Part shown: positions 39,027 to 45,039 of the stretch, one piece after another
How the letters are laid out: each line of letters starts with the position of its first letter
Numbering within the stretch: position 1 is the first letter of the stretch
NCBI GenBank assembly: GCA_017628075.1
Contig: JAGBZV010000052.1
Span: 1-45,039 of the forward strand
Source: Clostridia bacterium
GTDB lineage: Bacteria > Bacillota > Clostridia > Oscillospirales > CAG-272
Reading direction: 5' to 3'
Length of the DNA stretch: 45,039 bases
Position numbers and translations under genes: made by a program
Notes under the pieces: generated by a model
The model's input: only the letters and a program-made list of their open reading frames with translations
Database searches by the model: none
What the model was told of the DNA's origin: nothing

Positions 39027-40586
39027 ATGAAGCTCAATTACAAGCGAACGCTGTTCGTCGGGTTTGCGTTCTTTCTGATTACCGTATTCTGGCAGGCCTA
39101 CGACAACATCATCCCGAAAATTCTGACCGATAAATTCGGTCTGTCGCAGTTCTGGTCCGGTATCATCATGGCGCTGGACAACGTTCTTGCGGTCTTTCTT
39201 CTGCCGGTCTTCGGCGCATTGTCCGATCGCTGCCGCGGAAAGCACGGCCGCCGCACGCCGTTCATTCTCGTGGGCACCATCGTTGCGGCGATCCTGTTTG
39301 TCGGCCTGTCCTTTGCTGACCAGCTTCAGCTGAATTCCATTTCCGATATCTCCGCCGTCACAAGCGAGGAGGCCTCGGAGGAGCGCAGCGACGCGCTCCT
39401 TGCACTGTATCGCGCAGATATTACGTGGGAGCAGGGCCTTGGCAGCGCCGGCGGCGCGTCGAAAACGTCGCTTGCACAGATCTACGGCAGCGAAAAAGCG
39501 TTTCTTGACGCCATGAATTCCCCCGATGCCGATCTGACGCATCTGACACACGCAAGACAGGCATATGCGTGGCGGGCAACCTGCGAAAATCCCGTCGTGC
39601 TTGCCGTGTTCGTTTTCCTGCTGCTTTGCGTGCTTCTGGCAATGTCAACCTTCCGCTCTCCCGCCGTGGCGCTTATGCCGGACGTTACCCCCAAGCCTCT
39701 GCGCTCCCGCGCGAATGCCGTTATCAACCTCATGGGAACGGCAGGCGGTATTCTCGTGCTCGTGCTCGGCATCGTGTTCGGTACGGGTAAGCCGGGGAAC
39801 ACCCTGATGTCCTATACGGTATTCTTTATGGTTGTGTCGCTCATTATGCTGATCGCCCTGCTTATCTTCTGCCTGCGCGTGCGTGAAACGCAGTGGGCGG
39901 CAGAGGCGGATCGCTTCAACGATACCGTTGACGGCGCGGAGGAAGCTGTGTCCGTATCACACCGTTCTCTGACACGTGCGGAGCTTTGCTCGCTTTGCTT
40001 CCTGCTTGCGTCAGTTGCGCTTTGGTATATGGGCTATAACGCCGTGACGAGCAAGTATTCCGTGTATGCAGGTGACGTGCTTCTGCTCGACTATAACCTG
40101 ACGCTGATCGTTGCACAGGCGGCGGCCATCGTTTCCTATATCCCCGTCGGTATCGTTGCGTCCAAAATCGGACGGAAAAAGACGATTCTTGCCGGCGTTA
40201 TCATCCTCGGTGCGGCATTCGGTGCGGCGTCCTTCATGGGTGCGGGAAGCAACCTGTGGGTTATGAACGGCCTGTTTGCGCTTGCAGGCATCGGTTGGGC
40301 CACCATCAACGTCAACAGCTATCCTATGGTCGTGGAAATGGCACAGTCGGGCGACGTCGGCCGCTATACGGGCTACTACTATACTGCCAGCATGAGCGCG
40401 CAGATCGTCACGCCGATTCTGTCCGGCGCATTTTTGACCTACGTTGGAATGCGTACGCTTTTCCCATACGCCGCGATCTTCGTTGGGCTTGCCTTCGTTA
40501 CGATGCTGTTCGTCCGTCACGGCGACTCTCTGCCCGGCAAACGGGACAGCCTTCTGGAGCAGCTTGGCGCGGACGGCGATGACTGA
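39027..40586 (+). CDS. MFS permease (GPH/SLC45-like) with large hydrophilic insertion
   Basis: Multiple TM segments and the loop motif GALSDRCRGKHGRRTPF typical of the GPH/SLC45 branch. A hydrophilic insert of about 92 residues lies at 39318-39593. AAGGAG SD. Confidence 0.8.
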   Translation: MKLNYKRTLFVGFAFFLITVFWQAYDNIIPKILTDKFGLSQFWSGIIMALDNVLAVFLLPVFGALSDRCRGKHGRRTPFILVGTIVAAILFVGLSFADQLQLNSISDISAVTSEEASEERSDALLALYRADITWEQGLGSAGGASKTSLAQIYGSEKAFLDAMNSPDADLTHLTHARQAYAWRATCENPVVLAVFVFLLLCVLLAMSTFRSPAVALMPDVTPKPLRSRANAVINLMGTAGGILVLVLGIVFGTGKPGNTLMSYTVFFMVVSLIMLIALLIFCLRVRETQWAAEADRFNDTVDGAEEAVSVSHRSLTRAELCSLCFLLASVALWYMGYNAVTSKYSVYAGDVLLLDYNLTLIVAQAAAIVSYIPVGIVASKIGRKKTILAGVIILGAAFGAASFMGAGSNLWVMNGLFALAGIGWATINVNSYPMVVEMAQSGDVGRYTGYYYTASMSAQIVTPILSGAFLTYVGMRTLFPYAAIFVGLAFVTMLFVRHGDSLPGKRDSLLEQLGADGDD

Positions 40587-40601
40587 CGGAGGGGACGTTC
40601 T

Positions 40602-41453
40602 ATGCTGATCGTTTTTGCGGCTGTGCTTGCAGGTGCGGTTTTGTACCTGTTTCTGATTGCACCTGCCCGGCTTGCGGGCGGCGACAATCCCTCGCTTTGT
40701 ACCCATTACGCGCACCGCGGTCTGCACGGCGGTGCAATTCCCGAAAATTCGCTTGCCGCATTCCGTGCCGCCGCAGATGCGGGATACGGCATTGAGCTGG
40801 ATATCCGCCTCTCCGCAGACGGCGAGGTGGTCGTGTTTCACGACGATCACCTTGCACGCATGACGGGCGTACAGGCGGAGGTTTCCGCGTGCACGGCAGA
40901 GGCGCTTTCGGGGCTGTATCTGTATGACGCCGACGGAAAAACGACGCAGGAGCGGATTCCAACGCTGCGCGAGGTGCTCGATGCGGTCGGAGGCCGCGTG
41001 CCGCTGCTCATTGAGCTGAAGGGCGAGAGCGCCGATACTGCGCTGTGCCCTGCGGCAGATGCGATTTTGGCCGGATATAACGGCGTTTATTGCGTGGAGT
41101 CCTTCAATCCCCTGCTGCTTGCGTGGTATAAAAAGCATCGCAGACACGTCCTGCGCGGACAGCTCTATACGGACGTCTTCCGTGAAAAGCGCCCGACGCT
41201 CCTCCATCTGCTCCTGAGCTTTATGGTTACGAACGTGCTCTCGCGCCCGCATTTTATTGCGTACGACAAACGCTACGCACACGCGCTGCCCGTGCTTCTG
41301 ACGACGAAATGGATGGCAGCTCCGGGATTTGTATGGACGGTGCGCACGGAGGAGGAGTACGCGGAGGCCGCACGGCTCCGACGCCCCGTGCCGACGAAAA
41401 CGATCTTTGAATCAATCGCACCAAATGGAGAAGAAAGATCCGCTGGCATATGA
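40602..41453 (+). CDS. Membrane-anchored glycerophosphodiester phosphodiesterase (GDPD family)
   Basis: N-terminal TM helix, then HRG...PENS...ELD...HD catalytic motifs. GGAGG SD; begins 15 nt after the MFS stop. Confidence 0.85.
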   Translation: MLIVFAAVLAGAVLYLFLIAPARLAGGDNPSLCTHYAHRGLHGGAIPENSLAAFRAAADAGYGIELDIRLSADGEVVVFHDDHLARMTGVQAEVSACTAEALSGLYLYDADGKTTQERIPTLREVLDAVGGRVPLLIELKGESADTALCPAADAILAGYNGVYCVESFNPLLLAWYKKHRRHVLRGQLYTDVFREKRPTLLHLLLSFMVTNVLSRPHFIAYDKRYAHALPVLLTTKWMAAPGFVWTVRTEEEYAEAARLRRPVPTKTIFESIAPNGEERSAGI

Positions 41454-41580
41454 GGCACTATGAATGACAGAGGGACATCTGTAACGAAAGCAGAGCATAC
41501 GTACCTCAAGGAGAGGTGCGGATGCTCCATTTTTTTTATATTATCGAGCCGCAAAACGCCGGGAGGGCGGTATCCACGGC

Positions 41581-42810
41581 TTACGGACGGCGCACGGTGA
41601 TATTCAGAACGAGTGCGCACACGGAGAGAAGCAGAAGAAGCACGAACGGTGCAGTAAAGCCGCCGGTTCGCGTCATCAGATTGCTGCACAGCGATGCAAT
41701 GAAGGCCGCAACGATCAGGTTGCAGTTGGTGATGCTGTAATTGACGGAGAAATGCTTTTGTCCGTAGAATGCAGAGGTAAACGCGGAGGTCAGCGTGGGG
41801 CTGGAGCCGTAGGAAAGGCCTGTCAGACACAGACCGGCAATGCAGACGGGCAAGGAGTGCAGAAGGACTGCCGTGAGCGTTATGGCTGCGGCGGTGATGG
41901 TCAGCGCGTTGGCGGCGATCATCGTCGTGCGGCGTCCGAGCGCGTCAAATACCGCGCCGGTCAAAATCCGTCCCAGACCGTTGCAGACGGCAAGCACACC
42001 GACAAGCGTGGTTGCAAGTGAGGGAGATGCATCGACGGACAGGGCAAGATCACGCGCAAAGCTGATGACCGAGTTGCCGACGGCCGTAATGAACGCCAGG
42101 CACAAAAACGCACGCCAGAAGGAAAAGCGCCGCAGCATTTGGGCGGTGGTGCACTCGATGGCGCTGACACCGTCCTTTTCGGAATCGGTGCGGCGTGCGG
42201 CGGGCTTGGGCAGAGGTGTGTCGGGCGTCGGTGCACGCAAAATCATCGCGGCTGTCACAAGGACTGCTGCCAGGACGGCGGCCAGCAGAAGAAATGTTTT
42301 CTTAGGACCGACGGCGGGCGCATCGAACAGAATACTGATGCCGTTTCCGAGCAGAAGGGTGCTGAAGCCGAATCCCATCATCAGACAGCCGGAGCAGAAG
42401 CCCTTGCGGTCCGGATACCACGCGGTGACGGTGGATACCACGACGTTGTACGCAATGCCGATGCCGAAGCCTGCACACGCGGCGTAAGCGACGTAGAGCA
42501 GGATGAGCTGTGCGGGCGTAAGAAAGGCCGTTATGGAAAATCCGCAGCCGACAAGGATGCCGGAAACAATCAGGGATACGCGCGGACCGCATCTGCGGCA
42601 AAGCAGGCTTCCGACGATCGCACCCAGACAGAAAAAGCACATCGTTAACGTGAAATTGAGGGAAAGTGCGTCGGCGCTCCAGCCGAAATCCTCGGAAAAG
42701 GGAATCTTGAGGATGGACCATGCATACAGCACGCCGGAAAACAGCATTGCAAAAATGCCGACGGCAAGATATTGGGTGCGGCGAGGAGCACAGGGGGTGG
42801 ATTTGACCAT
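41581..42810 (-). CDS. MFS transporter, oxalate/formate-antiporter (OFA)-like
   Basis: Twelve-TM-like hydrophobic pattern, with N-terminus YLAVGIFAMLFSGVLYAWSILKIPF typical of OFA-type MFS. AAGGAGG SD precedes ATG at 42810. Confidence 0.8.
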   Translation of the reverse strand: MVKSTPCAPRRTQYLAVGIFAMLFSGVLYAWSILKIPFSEDFGWSADALSLNFTLTMCFFCLGAIVGSLLCRRCGPRVSLIVSGILVGCGFSITAFLTPAQLILLYVAYAACAGFGIGIAYNVVVSTVTAWYPDRKGFCSGCLMMGFGFSTLLLGNGISILFDAPAVGPKKTFLLLAAVLAAVLVTAAMILRAPTPDTPLPKPAARRTDSEKDGVSAIECTTAQMLRRFSFWRAFLCLAFITAVGNSVISFARDLALSVDASPSLATTLVGVLAVCNGLGRILTGAVFDALGRRTTMIAANALTITAAAITLTAVLLHSLPVCIAGLCLTGLSYGSSPTLTSAFTSAFYGQKHFSVNYSITNCNLIVAAFIASLCSNLMTRTGGFTAPFVLLLLLSVCALVLNITVRRP

Positions 42811-42844
42811 GGGGAGGCCTCCTTTGTGTTTGGGTATTTTCATA

Positions 42845-42873
42845 AGTATACCATATATCGGAAAAAAACGCAA
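42845..42873 (-). promoter_or_regulatory. Candidate promoter of the OFA-type MFS gene
   Basis: Minus strand: -35 TTGCGT (42873-42868), 17-nt spacer, extended -10 TGgTATACT (42853-42845). Confidence 0.45.
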
Positions 42874-42913
42874 GACGCTCCCACGACTTTTCTCCTTTTT
42901 TTTGCATTTTCTG

Positions 42914-42942
42914 TTGCATTTCATGCAGAAATATGGTATAAT
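42914..42942 (+). promoter_or_regulatory. Promoter of the MATE gene
   Basis: -35 TTGCAT at 42914-42919, 17-nt spacer, extended -10 TGgTATAAT at 42934-42942. Confidence 0.6.
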
Positions 42943-42989
42943 AAAAAATCGTAAGATGAATTTCTGCCGTTGAAAGGAGAACTGCCCGA

Positions 42990-44384
42990 TTGAAAACTTC
43001 TGTCTATAAGAAGCTGTTTGCACCGACCGATATGACCGTTGGCACGCCGTGGAGGAGCATTCTTGCGTTTACACTTCCGATGCTCATCGGCAATATTGCC
43101 CAGCAGCTGTACAGTACGGTCGATACCATTGTCGTCGGAAAATTTATTGGTGATAACGCACTGTCTGCAGTTGGCTCTGCAACCCCTCTGATCAATATGC
43201 TGCTCGTGCTGTTTATTGGTATTTCGGCGGGTGCGACCATCATGGTTTCACAGTATTACGGTGCACGCAACCGCGAGAGCCTTTCGCTTACCATCGGCAA
43301 CTGCATTACCGTTACTGCCATCAGCTGCGTCATTCTGATTGCCGTGATGCTGCCCCTGATCCGTCCGATCCTCGTTGCGCTCAATACCCCGGAATCGATC
43401 TTGGCGGACTGCACGGGATATCTTCAGATCTCCCTGATCGGTATCGCCGGTCTTGCGTATTACAACATCCTCTCCGGTATCATCCGCGGTATGGGCGATT
43501 CCATATCTGCGCTGCTGTATCTGCTGGTCGCCACGGTCATCAACATCGTCCTTGACCTTTTGTTTGTCGCCGTGTTCGGGATGGGTGTTCCCGGTGTTGC
43601 GCTGGCAACGGTCATCGCGCAGGTCGTATCCTCGATCTGCTGTATGGTCAAGCTCACACGGATGCGTGAAAACTTCGATCTTTCACCGGCGCACCTGCGA
43701 CCGGTCGGCTCCTACGTCAAGACCATCGTGCGGCTCGGTCTGCCGTCCGGTCTGACACAGGCCATCTTCTCCTCTGCAATGATTATCGTTCAGTCCCTGA
43801 CCAACTGCTTCGGAGAGCAGTTTATCGCGGCAAACGTCGTCGTCATGCGTGTGGACGGCTTTGCCATGATGCCGAACTTCTCCTTTGGTATGGCGCTGAC
43901 GACCTTCGCCGGACAGAACGTAGGCGCAGGCCGGTATGACCGTGTCCTTCAGGGTGCCAAGCAGGGCACGTGGATGGCAGTAGGTACGTCTGCTGCGATC
44001 ACCGGCGTCATTCTTTTGCTTGGAAAATCGCTGATGCACATCTTTACGGAAACGCAGGAGCTGGTCGATCTGAGCTACTACCTGATGACCATTCTTGCCG
44101 TTGGATATATTGCCGTTGCCATTTCGCAGAGTCTTTCCGGCATCATGCGCGGCGCAGGTGATACGATGACACCGATGTGGATCTCCCTTATCACGACGGT
44201 CGTTGTGCGCGTGCCGATTGCATACGGTATCTCGTATCTGACGAGAACGGCAGAGCTGCCCTACGGACAGAAGGAATGTGTCCAGATCTCCCTGCTGTTG
44301 TCGTGGGTGCTTGGTGCTGTGCTGACCGTGCTGTTCTATCGGCTTGGAAGATGGAAGGGCAAGGCCGTAAAACAGGATACCTGA
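42990..44384 (+). CDS. MATE-family efflux transporter
   Basis: ILAFTLPMLIGNIAQQLYSTVDTIVVGKFIG N-terminus and a 12-TM pattern. TTG at 42990 lies 10 nt after AGGAG; ATG at 43032 is an alternative start. Confidence 0.85.
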   Translation: MKTSVYKKLFAPTDMTVGTPWRSILAFTLPMLIGNIAQQLYSTVDTIVVGKFIGDNALSAVGSATPLINMLLVLFIGISAGATIMVSQYYGARNRESLSLTIGNCITVTAISCVILIAVMLPLIRPILVALNTPESILADCTGYLQISLIGIAGLAYYNILSGIIRGMGDSISALLYLLVATVINIVLDLLFVAVFGMGVPGVALATVIAQVVSSICCMVKLTRMRENFDLSPAHLRPVGSYVKTIVRLGLPSGLTQAIFSSAMIIVQSLTNCFGEQFIAANVVVMRVDGFAMMPNFSFGMALTTFAGQNVGAGRYDRVLQGAKQGTWMAVGTSAAITGVILLLGKSLMHIFTETQELVDLSYYLMTILAVGYIAVAISQSLSGIMRGAGDTMTPMWISLITTVVVRVPIAYGISYLTRTAELPYGQKECVQISLLLSWVLGAVLTVLFYRLGRWKGKAVKQDT

Positions 44385-44405
44385 TCTTCTGTTCTGTATC
44401 GTCCC

Positions 44406-44450
44406 CCGGCGTGACGCTCTGTTAAGAGCGCTGCGCCGGATCTGTTTTTT
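44406..44450 (+). terminator. Intrinsic terminator after the MATE gene
   Basis: Two-part stem CCGGCG...CGCTCT-gtta-AGAGCG...CGCCGG followed by ATCTG and a T6 run. Confidence 0.8.
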
Positions 44451-44464
44451 ATCGGTGGGGCATA

Positions 44465-44505
44465 ATAAAAAAGAGCACGATGGACTGTGTTTCCATCGGT
44501 GCTCT
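44465..44505 (-). terminator. Intrinsic terminator after spoVT
   Basis: Minus strand reads AGAGCACCGATGG-aaacacag-TCCATCGTGCTCT followed by a T7 run. Confidence 0.8.
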
Positions 44506-44544
44506 CTGCTTTTTATATGCGGGATATGCGTATGACGGACACCG

Positions 44545-45039
44545 TCAGCTCTCCAGCTGGCGTCCGAGAAAGGCGGCAGCGGTGCGGATGAGCTTGACCT
44601 CCGTTTCCAATGCAGTACGCTCTGTGCGTGCGGCGTACAGCTCCTCGTTTGCTACCGCGGCAACGCAGCCGATGACATCCCCCTCCGTGAAGATGGGCTG
44701 CGCGCAAACGACGCAGATCCCACCGCGCTCATCCTCCGTCAGCATGATGCGGGATTCGGTGCCATTGGCCGCCGTGTACAAGGAACGCCCCTCGATCACG
44801 CCGTCAAGCGCCTGGGAGATTTTTTTGTCGAGAAATTCCTTTTTTGAGATGCCGGAGGCTGCAACGATGCTGTCGCGGTCACAGACGGCAACGGGGATCC
44901 CGCAGGTCTTATACAGGCTTTCTGCGTATTGAGAGGCAAAATCGACAAGCTCTCCGATGGGGGAATATTTTTTGAAGATGACCTCGCCCTCGCGGTCGGT
45001 GTAGATCTCAAGCGGGTCGCCCTCGCGGATGCGCATGGT
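44545..45039 (-). CDS. spoVT: Stage V sporulation regulator SpoVT (AbrB-type N-terminus plus GAF domain), 5' end outside the window
   Basis: RIREGDPLEIYTDREGEVIFKKYSPIGEL... and C-terminal AAAFLGRQLES align by eye with Bacillus SpoVT from about residue 27. The ORF is open to the window edge. Confidence 0.85.
   Translation of the reverse strand, partial: TMRIREGDPLEIYTDREGEVIFKKYSPIGELVDFASQYAESLYKTCGIPVAVCDRDSIVAASGISKKEFLDKKISQALDGVIEGRSLYTAANGTESRIMLTEDERGGICVVCAQPIFTEGDVIGCVAAVANEELYAARTERTALETEVKLIRTAAAFLGRQLES

Noticed and set aside
41454-41580. Possible convergent terminators between the GDPD gene and the OFA-type MFS gene (GGAG...CTCC plus a T8 run at 41531-41538; CGCC...GGCG plus TTTT on the minus strand).
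   Set aside because: The stems are only 4 bp. I cannot support them as confident intrinsic terminators from sequence alone.

Overview
This window is an origin-proximal chromosome segment from a GC-rich, endospore-forming Firmicute. It looks Clostridia-like because spoVT, remA/remB, ymdB-rny and prkC-stp are all present; this is a judgement from gene content, not a database hit. Nearly all of the window is tightly packed, recognisable housekeeping genes.

Gene order:
- Replication origin block: lexA, dnaA, a roughly 590-bp DnaA-box array (oriC), dnaN, recF, remB-like, gyrB, a PfkB-family kinase, gyrA.
- Recombination and lipid block: recA, recX, rimO, pgsA.
- Minus-strand operon: rny, ymdB, mgsA, HAD phosphatase.
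- The yicC-to-rsgA block: yicC, remA, gmk, rpoZ, priA, def, fmt, Zn-peptidase, rsmB, rlmN, stp, prkC, rsgA.
- Downstream: a minus-strand BspA-type LRR membrane protein, rlmH, a WG-repeat membrane protein, mnmG, an MFS permease with a membrane-anchored glycerophosphodiester phosphodiesterase, a minus-strand OFA-type MFS, a MATE exporter, and the 3' part of spoVT (minus strand, runs off the window).

I saw no rRNA, tRNA, CRISPR array, transposase, integrase, phage genes or defence-type genes. I did not find a convincing novel multi-gene system, and I regard the window as largely ordinary core genome.

Observations most worth a second look:
1. A triplicated module of gene end, stop codon and intrinsic terminator at 15746-15871.
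2. A PfkB kinase translationally coupled inside the gyrB-gyrA unit.
3. The one-directional DnaA-box array, with lexA directly upstream of dnaA.
4. Val at the Ser83-equivalent (E. coli numbering) quinolone-resistance position of GyrA.
5. A small surface-protein islet (LRR and WG-repeat proteins) around rlmH.
6. An MFS permease carrying a roughly 90-residue hydrophilic insertion, paired with a GDPD enzyme.

The many long ORFs antisense to conserved genes are treated as GC-driven shadow ORFs.
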